Assembly: GCF_022539665.2 (NCBI RefSeq)
Contig: NC_081331.1
Span: forward strand, 13,826,001 to 13,890,000
DNA length: 64,000 bases
Direction: 5' to 3'
DNA from: Daphnia carinata
Lineage: Eukaryota
The position numbers and the translations under genes were made by a program. Below the pieces are notes generated by a model. It was given only the letters and a program-made list of their open reading frames with translations. It did no database searches and was not told where the DNA came from. The stretch's first letter is position 1. Each line of letters begins with the position of its first letter. This document shows, piece by piece, positions 25,204-39,038 of this stretch.

Positions 25204-25976
25204 ATGAAGCTTTCAGTACATTTTTTTTGCGAACGATAGTTAAGTATTTGGAATCAGTTTAACGTTAACTTATTTATTTGCTGTAGGTCATTGTTTTCTC
25301 TTTAATTATTGCCACTGGACTGGCCGCTCCATTGAATGTGGTCTATCCGCACGTGCAGCCATCTCCGTTTGCTCACGCAGTCCCGGTACATATCGTTCAC
25401 GCTGTTCCAGCCGTTGAGACTAGGATTCACTATGCCAAGACTCCCGTAGTAGTCGGTCATTCTACCCAAATCCTGAAGCCCAATTTGAATCCATTCGTCG
25501 TGGCTCCTCTAGTGGCTCCTTCAATTGCCGTCGCCGCATCGTCTGATCCCGTCGTTGTCGAAGCGAAAAAAGGCGAAGGAAAATCAGAGACAAACGTAGA
25601 GACACCCAAGGAGAAAGCGGCTGAAGAAGTCAAAGGTGTTAAAGTTCCATTAACATACGTCGCCCATCCGTTTGCCTTCGCTGCTCCGGCTCCACTAGCC
25701 TTTCCGGCCGTCTTGAATGTCAAGGCATCCGTCCCAGCCGGTGATGCTCCTCCCATGGATCAACTCATTACTAAAGAAAAGGTTATCGCTCCCGTTCGTG
25801 CCATCTCCGAAGTGACTCCACAAGTTCACGTGCAACATCCGACTAAAATTAATGTGCAGAAGGTCGCAGTCGAAGTGCCAGTGGCTACACCGTACGCTCT
25901 TCCTGTTCCTGTTGCAGTAGCGCCTCACTACGAGATCCACCACGTTCACACTCCAGCACTGACCGTTGTGGCTTAA
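25204..25976 (+). CDS. Divergent family A protein A4 (no YDFPAP repeats). Exons 25204-25215, 25287-25976
   Basis: MKLS|VIVFSLIIATGLA; VETRIHYAKTPVVVGHSTQILKPNL and KVIAPVRAISEVTPQVHVQHPTKINVQKVAVEVPV blocks; TATAAATA at ~25124. Confidence 0.88.
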
Positions 25977-26578
25977 ACATTTGTGATTTCTTTTGTTATG
26001 TACTTCAAACGACTGTTAACCCACCTTTCGATTACACTGTTCTATCATGGCATTGGCATTACATCGTTTTTAATCGATTTTGAAGGGTGACAGACAACGT
26101 CAAGAATGAAATGCGTTGATTGTCCTTCATTATTTAAAAATAATTTTTTAGGAATTTTTTCAAAGGGACAAATGACAAAGATCCTGATGAGAATTGCCTT
26201 CGATGGTTTACGATACCTTCTCTTTGCCTATGAGTCACGAAACTCGCTCTCTTTCGAAGAAATGAATGGCTATAGCCGGTGAAGTACCTTGAATCCTTGA
26301 AATCCGTTATGCTTTTCTAAGACATATGTACCGAAAGGGCAGCGTAATGTATGAAGGACATATTTTTTGCTCTGCGTATCGTTTACAGTTAGCGCATTCG
26401 TAGAATTGAGTCACGTTTTTTAGAAGGGCGCTATACAATCCCTGAACTGTCATGTTTCATGAAAACGTGTGTATTGTTTTGCTTTGCTTATAGGCAAAGA
26501 AGGACGAAATTCTCATAGAGTCATTCAAATCAGTGGAATAGGCACCATAGGATACATAACAGGAAAATCAAGTTCCCT

Positions 26579-27366
26579 TTAAGCGGTTTTCGCCGCTTCA
26601 GCGCATGGAACACCGTTGACCAAATGGACAGCGGGAGTGGCAACGGCGTGATGGTATTGGTGGATTTCGTACTGAGGAGCTACTGGAACGGGGACGGGCT
26701 GGGCGTAGGGAGCAGCAACGGGCACCTCAACAGCGACCTTCTGCACGTTGACTTTGGTCGGGTGCTGGACAGTCACCTGTGGAGTAATCTCAGAGACGGT
26801 GCGGGCCGGGGCCAACACTTTCGATTTCTGGACGTAGGATTCCTGGGCGGCTCCTTTGGTCTGAGCGAGTCCCATAAAGTCATAGTTGGTAACGTGGGCA
26901 CCAGCTCCCAAGTTGGGCTTCATGATGTGGGCAGTTTGTCCGACCACAACGGGAGTCTCGGCGTAGTGGACGCGGGTCTCAAAGGCGTGCGGGACAACGT
27001 GAACTGGCGCAGCTGCGACCTGAACCGGAGCTGGAGCTACCACCTGGACTGGCTCTGGAACGGCGTAAGTGAGTGGAGCTGGGGCAGCAACGGCGACAGG
27101 AGCTGAAATGTCATACTGGATTTGTGGTTGCACTTCAACATGAATAGGAGCAGGTGCGGCATAAGGTACAGGTGCAACACCGTAAGCAATTGAAGCTGGA
27201 TGCGTCAGGCAAGGCGTAGCGGGGATGGCAGGGGCGGCCAACGCAGCGGCAACAAACAATGGAAGAACGACCTGTTAAGCATAAAAATAATATTTCTTAA
27301 GCAATAAAATCTCTAATCGTTAAAATACTAGTATAAATTCGAATAGCAACTTACAAGGAAATGCAT
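26579..27366 (-). CDS. Family A protein A3 (short). Exons 27366-27355, 27271-26579
   Basis: MHFL|VVLPLFVAAALA; C-terminal half nearly identical to A1/A2; TATAAATA at ~27435-27442. Confidence 0.9.
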
Positions 27367-27854
27367 TTTGATTGTTTATGTTGAGATTGAGCTGACACAC
27401 AGTGGCTTGCTTTCGAACACAGTTTACACGCGTGTATTTATACGAGAAAAACAGGGCGTTGGTCTTGCCAAACAACTTGAAGAATACAGTTTTTGCTACG
27501 TTCTCGTTTAATTCTTCGTCTTGGCAAAGATGCATTTTGCTCTTCTAGCTATATCCTAGAATAAATGCATGTTGGCGTGGCTCTGCAAAGCACCTCGACT
27601 AGATCGCCTTGAAATTTCATGGTCATTTCGCTAGTTGTTGTCAAGACAACATTTAAAATGTGTGCGTATGTAATACTTCCCGAAAAAATAAGTGGAAAAC
27701 TAATTGTTTTAAGTTGTCTGAATAATTATAGTTGATCGTTAAATAAACGTGATATCACGTCAGCATGTTACCACATAAAACATATGCTTTAAATGGGAAT
27801 GCGGAGTCATGGACATCCAGGCAATCAGGAAAGGCTCGTTGTTTCCTTCGGCTA

Positions 27855-29457
27855 TTAGTTTTGGAGGAGGATGACCATGTACGTGACAATTGCACCACTC
27901 AACTAAGAATGAAATAAAGTGTTCCGCAATGACAACATTAGATAGCGTAACATTCTGAATTGCACTACAAGTATGCTAGAATGTTGATTAGAACAGCAAA
28001 CTTACAGCCGGTATGAGATGCACACCAATCTTAAATAGTCCAGCAGCGGACAAATGGACACGATCTTCGTCAATCTGTACCAAAAAAGTCATCATCTATA
28101 GAAATATTTTAAAAATCATATTAAGTAAAATTAATTTCCGTCCTTTAGAGCCGTGAAAGTGTTGGTAGGCTAACAAAACTAACCGTCATTTTCTCGGCTA
28201 TCGTTTTAGAAAATCCAGAGAGAGACATAGCTGTAACGCGTTCGTGAAGGAGACGAACCTGACAACACAAAGTAATTTTTTTTTCCCTATTAGATGTCAT
28301 GGAAGGATTAAGGTCATTCGTTTGTATTGTAAATGAATGCCCTGTTATCTTACCTGACGAACTGGCATGTCAGCGGAAGTGAGAAGAATCAAAACGCGGA
28401 TCGATTCCGCAACAATAAAGAAAGAATGAACTAGAGCTGTGTTTTCCAAAATGATGTTTGTGTGAATGAAGCTGTAGGCGAAAGCAAACGAAGTGCTGAC
28501 AATTGTGAAGAATTTGATAGCCAAGATGAAAAAAACAGGAATGGCGAAAACGCTATTGAGTTCTGACGAAGCCCGACAAACGTAGTCAAATGTCAATGCA
28601 TTTCTCTTCATCATTTTGATTTTATCCGTTCTAAAAAAAAACAGATCAAAATTGAGAATTAATGCTTTGTTTTCAATTTGTTTGCAGATTAAATGAATTA
28701 TTAAACCTTTCGTGAGCAGTGACTTGAAGTTCATCGTTCCCTTGTTCTTTGCAACGCAATAATACCAATTGGATATAATATGCGGTGATGTAATAACACA
28801 TGTGAATAAAGAGCAAGAAGCAATTAAACGTTATGTTGATGGAAACTAAAGCCACAAACAAAGCTGTAGTTGGAAAAATTCCTAAAGTGGGTGGTAGAAG
28901 TACGGCGTACATAGGCATGGCCACAACCATCGCAGCTATAGACTGTGTTAAGATTTATTCAAATGAAAACAGCGTACTTCTTAATGAAAACTCGGTTTAC
29001 CGACCGTCATTAAAACAGCAAAAAAACCAACGACAAATCGAATCGGAATAGAACTTCTATGCTCGGTGATGAATTCCTCCCCCAAAAGCCTTTCAACATT
29101 TCGGACGGCTTCAACTGCGTTGCTTAAACGAACGTAATGCATCGTAATCCAGCGAAATGGTAGCAATTGCACTAAGAAAAGGAACGAGGTTATCATGGTT
29201 AGGACGATCAAAGTGGTTGGGATGGTTCTATCAGCCACTAAAATGTTTTGCAGATCGTCGCTCAAGTATCCTACCATACTCACACCACAAATTTGATACG
29301 CAAATACTAGACAAAACCAACAAGTAAAAGCACTTCTAAGAGAAAACGTGAACCGTTCAAATTTGCCAGTAGTTGAATTGCGTTCGATTGTGTAAGGAAT
29401 CAAGCCACAAGCTTGGCAGAGGCTAACGAACGGTTGTAACTGTTCGAAGACGGACAT
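27855..29457 (-). CDS. Gustatory receptor (7tm_7 chemoreceptor family) GR1, 6 exons
   Basis: N-terminus MSVFEQLQPFVSLCQACGLIPY; multiple hydrophobic helices; LSAAGLFKIG; terminal exon LSGAIVTYMVILLQN* matching the GR TYhhhhhQ motif; three phase-0 C-terminal introns. Confidence 0.9.
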
Positions 29458-29548
29458 GACGCCAAATGATAGGACGTGATGGTGGGAAATGAATCGTTCG
29501 ATTGGACCCTTGTTGGTTTTCAGTGGTACGTGTGTTGGTAGATATTAT

Positions 29549-29562
29549 GTAACCATGGAAAT
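29549..29562. promoter_or_regulatory. X-box (RFX)-like palindrome GTAACCATGGAAAT upstream of GR1. Also at 34024, 36352, 38630, 40664, 42664 and, inverted, 43463
   Basis: The same 14-mer (GTA[A/G]CCAT[G/A]GAAAT) lies 64-92 bp upstream of the ATG in 7 GR genes. Confidence 0.7.
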
Positions 29563-30038
29563 GCAACCTTATGATTGTCAAATTGCTACTTTAACAAAAT
29601 GTCACCGTTGCACAATTGTTTTTCTGCTAAATATAGCAGAAAACTCATTTCTTTTCTTACCTCTTGATTATGACCTGATGGATTAAAAAGCAACAAGATG
29701 CACATCACATTATGCAAATTGTGTTTCACTGACGTGTTATAAACGCATCAGCGTCGATAAATGCAGTTTTCCAATTTTAGTTTACTCCGCTCTATCGCCT
29801 AAACGTGTTTCGTTTAACAACGTTCAAGTTGAATTATTTTATAGCATTTCAGGTTATGGTAGATTTGGTAAGCTTACAGTAAAAGGGCTCATTGCCCATT
29901 ATAATACGCTTTTCTTTTGGCTTTTTAATGCTTGTATTGTTAAATGACGATTCAAGAATAGCACGAGATAACAGGAGACACAAATCATCTTTAAATTCAA
30001 TGCGTTTCCGGATATTTTTTCATGGGTTAATTGAGGAA

Positions 30039-31593
30039 CTAAACCAATCTCGTTTGAAGCAGGATAATTAGGTAGGTAATGATTGACGCCGTTAACTAAG
30101 AGAAGAAAAAAAAAACGTGAAAAGTAAGAAATTGACCGGTTCAGAAATTCGGCAGGTGTCAAAGAAACGTACGGATGGCAAGAGATTCAATCCGACATAA
30201 AAAAGTCCACCGGCTGACAGACGGGCACGTCCCTCCGAGATGTGTTGGAGAAAAGACAAGGCCTAAAATGTGCACAACAATTTTAAAGGCAAACATTAGC
30301 GTTCATGTCGATTTGCATAAGAACTGTGTACCTCAAGTTCATCATCCATTTGAATGTCAGCCTCTTCGTTTAAAATGCTAAAAATTCTCTGGCGAAGATT
30401 TTTGTACTATCCAAAGGTTAAATAGAGTTCTATGATTATATTAAAAGTGATAACCGAATCTCACCTCAATTATGGGCGTTTCAATGCCTCTTAGAACAAC
30501 TAAAATGCTCAAGAAGCCGGTCGTGAAACTAACAGCGCACATTGGAGCTAAAGCTTGAATGAATGCATTGCTGGTCCTTAAAGAGCCATAAATGGTGACG
30601 TACAAACTAAACGCTGACGATATTAATCTTAATGTTAAAAACACTAAAGACGGGAGGGAAAACACTTCGTTCAGTTCTGACAGTGCTTTGCATAAATGTC
30701 CGAACATTCTTTTGCTTTGTTTCAGTTTGTATTTCCAACTCAGCACAGTCTTGGTATCATTCACTTGCATCCTGTTAATCCATGATCATATTAGTTAGAG
30801 AGTATCAACACGAATTTGTTTAAAATACCAAGCAATCGTTTTCGCTTTCGCTCCTGTAACTTTCTCTACTGACGTCAATCGAAACGGACGCTTCATATCC
30901 AAGGCTAGAAGGCGAATGTAACAAGCGACGGTATAGTAGCAGAAGTAGACGAGCAAAAATGAGCTCATTAACATCATAATCATGAAGCCTCGGTTTATCA
31001 AGATAACAACAGCCAAAATCGTCCCTTCGTGTTTCACTTTCGATGGGAATAGACCCACATTTGAAAACAGTATAGCGCCAGTCTGTATATAAAGGGTTCG
31101 TAAATTAGACAGATAATTTATCGCATCAAATTACATAAGTACTTACACAAACCACTGCAGCGAAAATTCCAACAATTACGCGGATTTTCAAGCCGGAGAA
31201 GAATTCTGGTGGTGCATTTTCGATCGCCAATTCGTTACTTACCTTACGTAATAAACATATGGCACGACGAATGCAAGGGTATTTTGAAATGGCGTAGCGA
31301 GTCATGACAACTAATACCATCAAAAATAAGTGCTCATGAATAACAAAGCCGATAAACATAGTGGGCAGTTGTGTTTGACGAATGAGTGCTAAAACGCCAC
31401 AGATATCCCAAACTGGAATAACTAATTGAACAGCAAACAGGAAAAAGAACCACCAAAAGATTGGATGACGCAGAGAAAAGGAAAACTTTTTGAAACTCTT
31501 TGTGGGTGAATTTTCGTTTTCAACAAAGAAAGGAATTAATCCAAACATTTGACAGAAGAGAATGAACGGTCGGAGGTGTTCAAAACAATGCAT
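30039..31593 (-). CDS. Gustatory receptor GR2 (divergent member), 6 exons
   Basis: MHCFEHLRPFILFCQMFGLIPF; HLCKALSELNEVFS; LSAGGLFYVG; last exon LTASIITYLIILLQTRLV*. Confidence 0.88.
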
Positions 31594-32380
31594 CTTCGTT
31601 TAGATCGTGTCTGTTCTTCGTGTCGCGTGCCACTGTTCCACGTCTAACCGAATACGCGATAGTAGTATACTATTATCAATGTTTCGATCCTTTTTTCTTC
31701 GCTAATGAAATGGCTAAGAGCTTAATCGAGTCGAGTGCACTGATGAAGTGTTTGCATTCTTTTGCTTTAACTGATTAGAAGTACGACTTGATGTCGACTG
31801 TGCAAGTAGAAAGCGCCAGCCAATTGGGATAGAGCGATGGCTGAAAGTCGCAATTCGCCTTCTGTCACAATTCGTCCAACACAAATTAGTTTGATTAACA
31901 AAGTTCAGGTAGTAATAACATTTAGTTTCACGCGTCGCGTGTCAGCCTTTTTTCATAATGAAAATGTTACTATACTAGAGGAGGAATTTCATTTGAATAA
32001 CATCCAATAAACCATTGATCATAGGTTAATAAATAAAAGCAAAACGGCAGGCCCTATTTCATCTGCCAGTTGACCAACGAGATGGATTAGAACTTTAGCA
32101 ATCTAAGTGGCAACTTGTACAAATAAAATTTTATATGGAGATGCGGAAAATTATTGTGTAGTGTAGTTTTGTATTTGACCGTGTTTGACAAAGGCAGATT
32201 TTATCACATTTGTACGATTGCGATAGATATTGTGTAAATATATTAATTGATATTTTTTTTCTTGCGAGTACGATCGCAAATGATTGCGGAAGGCCTCCTA
32301 TGCAATATGTGTTCTGGTCGGTGACCGACGCATCCAAACAATCAACAGGCAGGGCTCGATGAATTTTTCATCGTACAGTA

Positions 32381-33937
32381 CTAGTTTTGGACGAGTATAA
32401 CTATATAAGTGACAATGGCACCTGCCAGCTAATAATTCATATTAAGTATTCACACATTGTAGTATTTGATAGCCAAAATAGTTGATAAAGTTTTCAAACA
32501 ATAGCTCACTTACAGCCGGAATTAGATGCACCCCAACCTTGTACAGCCCGACGGCGGACAAGTGAACACGATCTTCGTCAAGTTGAATCTGCAGAGTCAT
32601 CATCTAAAATATTTTAAAATTCGTTTAATTCAAACGTTCCCCGTTATATAAAGCCATCAAGATGTCGTCGGAATAAAGAAGAAACTAACAGTAATTTTCT
32701 CAGTCAACGTTTTTGAAAATCCAGACAGAGACATGGTAGTAACGTGTTCGTGGAGGACACGAACCTGGCAAAAATAAAGCAATGGTGATTGGTATGATCA
32801 GTTTTTGTCCATGAAAATGTACGTGACGTACCTGATGAGCGGGCATATCAGCTGCAGCGAGAAAGATAAATAAGCGGATGGATTCGATTAAAAAAAGGAA
32901 AGGATATATCCAAATGGTACTATCCAAAACGGTACTCTTATAAATAAGGCGGTATGTGTAACCGAAAGCACAGCTAATGACTATGACGAATTGCAATCCC
33001 AACTGAAATAAAGCAGGTAGAGAGAAAATGCTGTTGAGTTCTGACGAGGCTCGGCACAGAAAGTCAAATATGAGCGCATTTTTTCTCATCATTTTAATTT
33101 TTTTTGCCCTAAAAAGCCATAATGATAGATTATTAGGATTCCGTTTCAACTAAATTTAAGGATTTTTTGAAATACTATACCCTTTGTGAACACACTGTTG
33201 AAATTCATCATCATCTTCTTTTTTGAAATGCAACGATATCAGTTGTATGTAATGTGCGACGATGTAATAACAAAAGTGAATAAAAAGCAAAGAGGAATCA
33301 AGCATCACAGTGACGGAAGATAAAATTATGATCATAGCTGTTATTGCGGAGACAGCCATGTTTGCCGGCAAAGTCTCAGAAAATACAGGCTCCATAACAA
33401 ATAGCGTGGCTACAGACTGTGTAAAAAAATATTTTAAGAATTCGAATCCTATGCATTTAATATGCACACGGCAATTGAGGTACTGACCGTTGTCATGACA
33501 GCAGCAAAACCTGCGAGAAATCGCTTCATTATGGAACTCTTGTGCTCCAGGAGGAATCTCTCTCCGAAGAGCCTTTCAACTTCTTGTACCGCCTTCACAG
33601 CGTTGTCCAGGTGACGGTAGTTCAACGCAATCCAACGAGATGATAGCAGTTGAGCTAACCAGGAGGACGAGGTAACCCCGCTCAGAATGATAAGTGTGAT
33701 TGGTACATTTTCGTTTGCCGATGAAGGATCTGGCTCACGGCTCAAGGATCTCACCATTACCACAGCCGAAACTTGCGAAATAAAAACTAATAAAAACCAC
33801 CAAGTAGAAACATTTTTAATAGAAAACGTGAATCGTTCAAATTTGCCGGTAGTTGAATTGCGCTTCATTGTGTAAGGTATCAGTCCGCAAGCTTGGCAGA
33901 GGCTAACGAATGGACGTAACTGCTCAAAGAGTGACAT
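32381..33937 (-). CDS. Gustatory receptor GR3, 6 exons
   Basis: Same exon architecture; ends LAGAIVTYIVILVQN*. Confidence 0.9.
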
Positions 33938-34657
33938 GTTGAGAATGGCAAAATATCATGTCGAGCCGAATCCATCTAATCGAATAACAAACTACGGTTT
34001 TTTGTGTTAAATTTGTTCATCGTGTAGCCATGGAAATGGGGCTTCACCATGCCCACAGTGACGAAATATTCTGCTGTTCAAACGCACGTGTTGGATAGAC
34101 GATGGATTAGAAATGTAATGAGACACGCCGCCTCGCAGTAAATTGTCTGCTAATATTACAAATTGCGCAAAAGTAATTTACAAGATATAGAATATAGAAA
34201 CCTTTTTTAACACAATATATTTTTGAATATATGACGATTTCGGCGGATGATAGTCACCGAAAAATAGAAACGCTTTCATGGAATCGACTTAATCTGAATC
34301 AAAATCTGACAGAGCCTTTAGTTTCGAAAACTGTAACATTTGTAGTGTACACGGTTGTTTCAGGATATGAATGAAAAGAGGGTCACTCACAGGATTTTGC
34401 AGTGAATCAATGGCCCATGGTACAATTAGCGCTAATATTATTCTAATATGTAGGTGGAAACAATCCTATTGTTACACGTATTATATAGTCTGGTGTCAAG
34501 TATAATCTGGATTAATTATTAATAAAATAGGGTATTGTGCGTTTATTTCGTTTCAAAAAGAAAATACGACGAAATTTTCTCACGTTATTAACAAAAGTGC
34601 TGTTAGCTGTTTAATGCTTTCAGCTGTTCATAAGACAATATTTTCAAATGTTCCTTA

Positions 34658-36261
34658 CTAGTTTTGGAGCAAGATGACCATATAAGTGACGACGGCCCCT
34701 GTAAGCTAATAATTGAAATAAAAGCATTTGGTCGGTATTGCATCAAATAAGGAAATTTTTTTCAGCTTGCATCTTTAGAAAATTCTTTGACAGCACTTAC
34801 AGCTGGAATAAGATGCACCCCAACCTTGTACAATCCGACGGCGTACAAGTGAACACGATCTTCGTCCATTTGTATCAGCAGAGTCATCATCTAAAATATT
34901 TTAAAAATTCGCTTACTAATGCAAATTTTCCTCGGCATATAGAGCCATCAAGATGTCGTTGGAATAAAAAAGAAACTAACAGTAATTTTTTCGGTCAACG
35001 TTTTGGAAAATCCAGAGAGAGACATGATAGTAACGTGTTCGTGAAGGACACGAACCTGGCAAAAATAAAGCAATAATTTTAATGACGAGAATCCTATTTT
35101 CTACGATAATTGGTATGATCAGTTTTTGTCAATGAATATATGTGCCGTACCTGATGAGCGGGCATGTCAGCTGCTGCGAGAAAGATAAATATGCGGATGG
35201 AATCGATTACAAAAAGGAATGGATATATCCAAATGGCACTTTGCAAAATGGTACTCTTATAAATAAAGCGGTAACTGTAAGCGAAGGCACAGCTAATGAC
35301 TGTGACGAATTTCATGCCCAACTGAAATAAAGCAGGTAGAGAGAAAACGCTGTTGAGTTCTGACGAGGCTCGACACAGGTAGTCAAATATGAGCGCATTT
35401 CGTTTCATCATCTTGATTTTGTTCGTCCTAAAAACCCATGAAGATAGAGGTTTAGGGATCCGTTTCAATTTAATCATGGATTTTGTGCGATACTATACCC
35501 TTTGTGAACAGTCTGTTCAAATTCATCATTCGCTTCTTTTTTGAAATGCAACGATATCAGTTGTACGTAATGTGCGATGATGTAGTAACAAATGTGAACA
35601 AAAAGCAAAGAGGAATCTAACATTATAATGACGGACGCTAAAATCATGAACATAGCTGTTATTGCGGAGACAGCCATGTTTGCTGGCAAAAGCGCAGAAA
35701 GCATAGGCCCCATAGCAAACAGCGCGCCTACAGCCTGTGTTTTCAAAACTATTTTAGAATTCGTATGCTATACCGTTTTAATGAGCTCATGGCAATTGTA
35801 GTACTGACCGTTGCCACGATAATAGCAAAACCTGCAAGAAATCGTGTCATTATGGAACTCTTGTGCTCCAGGAGGAATTTCTCTCCCAAGAGCCTTTCAA
35901 CTTCTTGCACCGCTCTCACAGCGTTGTCTAGGTGACGATAGTTCAACGCAATCCAATGAGATAATAGCAGTTGAGCTAAGAAAGCGGACGAGGTAACCCC
36001 GCTCAGAATGATCAGCGTGATTGGTATGTTTCTGTCTGTCGATAAAGCACCTTGTATATCACTGCTCAAGAATCTCACCGTTGCTACAACTGAAATTTGC
36101 GAAATTAAAACTAATAAAAACCACCAAGTGGAAATATTTCTAACAGAAAACGTGAATCGTTCAAATTTGCGGGTAGTTGAATTGCGCTTCATTGTGTAAG
36201 GAATCAATCCGCAAGCTTGGCAGAGGCTAACGAATGGCTGTAACTGTTCAAAGACAGACAT
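34658..36261 (-). CDS. Gustatory receptor GR4, 6 exons (close paralog of GR3)
   Basis: MSVFEQLQPF start; ends LTGAVVTYMVILLQN*. Confidence 0.9.
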
Positions 36262-36998
36262 GTTGAGAATGACGGAGTATCGCGTCGAGTTGAATCTAAA
36301 TAACAAGCTGTTGTTTTTTCAGTGTTAAATGTTCCTGTTAAGAGGTATGATGTAACCATGGAAATGGTGCGCCATGATGTCCACTTTAATGGAACTTCCT
36401 GACGTCCAAACGCTTGTATCGTTGATTGATTAAAAATAACCATACACACACAGTTTACTGCTTCTTTCCAGAAACGTGGCTTGGTATACATCACTACTCA
36501 TCACTGACAAACAAGACAAACACGTTTAGATAATTGTTCATCCTGGTGTTAAAAAATACCTGTTGATGCATAGTTGATTGATTAAAAACTTATTGGACAA
36601 ACGTTATGTTGGGATCCTTTCCTGTAAAGCTTGACATTTATCAAGAATCCTTACTGATGAGAAGTGGAAGATTTTGGAAAAAAACAAAATTAGTGGAAAA
36701 GTCGGGCTTATTTTGTCGGGCTTATTTTGTCGGGCTTAAAAATAAAGTTGGAGGGCTAGCATTACATTGATGCATAGATATAGATGAAAACAATCCGATT
36801 GCTACGCTTATTATATAGCCTGTTCCAAATATAAACTGCATTGATTCTTGATAATATACAGATCGTACGTTTATTTCGTTTTAGAAAGACAATGTTTACG
36901 GAATTTTGTCACGTGTTAATCAATTAACAAAGTGCTATTGGCTTATTCCTTAAAGTGCTTCCAGTTGTTCATTAGACAACATTTTCAACTGCTTCTCT

Positions 36999-38544
36999 CT
37001 AGTTTTGGAGCAGGATGACCATATAAGTGACGACGGCTCCTGTTAGCTAATAATTCAAATGAAAGCATTTAATCATCATAGCATAGTATAAAATAAGTCG
37101 ATTATTTTCATCTTTTGAAAATTCTTTGACGGCACTTACAGCCGGAATGAGATGTAATCCAACTTTAAATAGTCCGGCGGCAGACAAGTGGACACGATCT
37201 TCGTCAATCTGTATCAAGAAGGCCATCATCTAAAACATTGAAACTATTAATTTAATAATTCAAATATCCCTTTGTGTTTTCAAGGTAACGCGGAATAATG
37301 AAACTAACCGTCAGTGTTTCAGAATGGGTTTTGGGAAATCCAGAGAGAGACATGGCAGTGACACGTTCGTGAAGATAACACACCTGGTTAAAACAAGCAA
37401 TCATTTATTTTACTTGGGAGTCTTCGATAAAGAATCACATGTAATTTTACCTGGTTAACTGGCATTTCAGGGGCGGCGAGGAGAACCAAAATGCGGATTG
37501 TTTCTATAGAAAAAAGGAAAGGATCTATCCAAGCGCCCACTCCCAACACGGTAACCGTATGAATGCAGCGGTAAATGTAGATAAAAGCAAAAGTAACGAT
37601 GGTGACGAATTTTATGCTCAAAAGAAACAATACAGGTAGAGAGAATACTCTATTGATTTCGGATGAGGCCCGACAAAGATGGTCGAATATCAGCGCATTC
37701 CGCCTAATCACGTTAATGTTATTCGTCCTATAAAATCACAAAGATCGCGCATAAAGGATTCGTCTCACTGAAATTTATGAATAATATCAGGTACTACACC
37801 CTTTGTGAACATTCGCGTGAAGTTCATCACCGGCTTCCTTTGTGCAAGGCAACGATATAAGTTGTATATAATGTGCGATAATGTAATAGCAGATGTGGAC
37901 AAAAAGTAAAGAGCAATCAAACATCACGTTGACGGAGGCTAAAACCGTGAACAAAGCTGTTGTTAAGTAGACGTCCATGTCTTTTGGTAAAAGCGCTGAA
38001 TACATAGGCTCACAGGAAAACATCCCGGCTATAGTCTATGTAAAAACATTTAAAAATCTGAACTGAGCAGGTAACAAAGAATGCCATTTACCGTTATCAC
38101 GACAACCGTAAAACCTACAAAAAATCTTGTGGTAATGGAGCTCTGATGTTCTGCAATATATTTTTCTCCAAAGAGACTTTCTGCTTTTTGCACTGCTTCG
38201 ACTACTTTGCCCAATGGACGATAGCTAAACGCAATCCAGCGAGATAAGGCGAGTTGAGCTAAGAACGCGGACGATGTAACCCCGATGAGAACGATCATTG
38301 TGGTTGGAAGGTTTCTGTCTGCCGATATAGCATCTTGTAAATCTCCGACCAGGCGTCCTATCACTACAACAATGAAAATTTGCAAAACTAATATCAATAG
38401 AAACCACCATGTAGAAACGTGTCTAACAGAGAACGTGAATCGTTCAAATTTGCCGGTAGTTGGGTTGCGCTTCATTGCGTAAGGAATCAGTCCGCACGCT
38501 TGGCAGAGACTTACGAATGGCTGTAACTTATCAAAGACGGACAT
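36999..38544 (-). CDS. Gustatory receptor GR5, 6 exons
   Basis: MSVFDKLQPF start; ends LTGAVVTYMVILLQN*. Confidence 0.9.
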
Positions 38545-39038
38545 GGTGAGAATGACGAAACATCATGGCGAGCTGGATCTCCAAATCGAATAACATAACG
38601 CGGTTTTTTGTGTTAAGTATGTCCATGCCGTAGCCATGGAAATGGGGCTTCATAATGTCCGTATTGACGTAATATCCTGGTATTCATGAGCACTTGTCGG
38701 ATAGTTGATTGATTAAAAAGTTATGGGACACTCATTAGTGTACCATTTTTTCGCACAACACACGTACTCATTCAGGAGTCATTATAGACAAAGGGTGACT
38801 TGTGTTTTTCATTTCCTTGATAGGAATAACGTTTATTTATCAATCATTCTCAACCAATATCTGTTTGCACAACAAGCTATTGTTGAATGCAGGACATGTT
38901 TATCGAAAGACTGACATTGAAAAACCACATAAGTATGGTGCTAAAAAAAATTTAAAACGTTTTTTAAAGGATTGTTCCGATTAGTCGACTGCAGCATCCA
39001 GAAAATCAGCCAAGACTTGAAACTTCAGCTGTCCCTCG

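Noticed and set aside
29899..29988. Alternative last exon for GR2 (MICVSCYLVLFLN...)
   Set aside because: A better terminal exon with the canonical TYLIILLQ motif lies at 30095-30039
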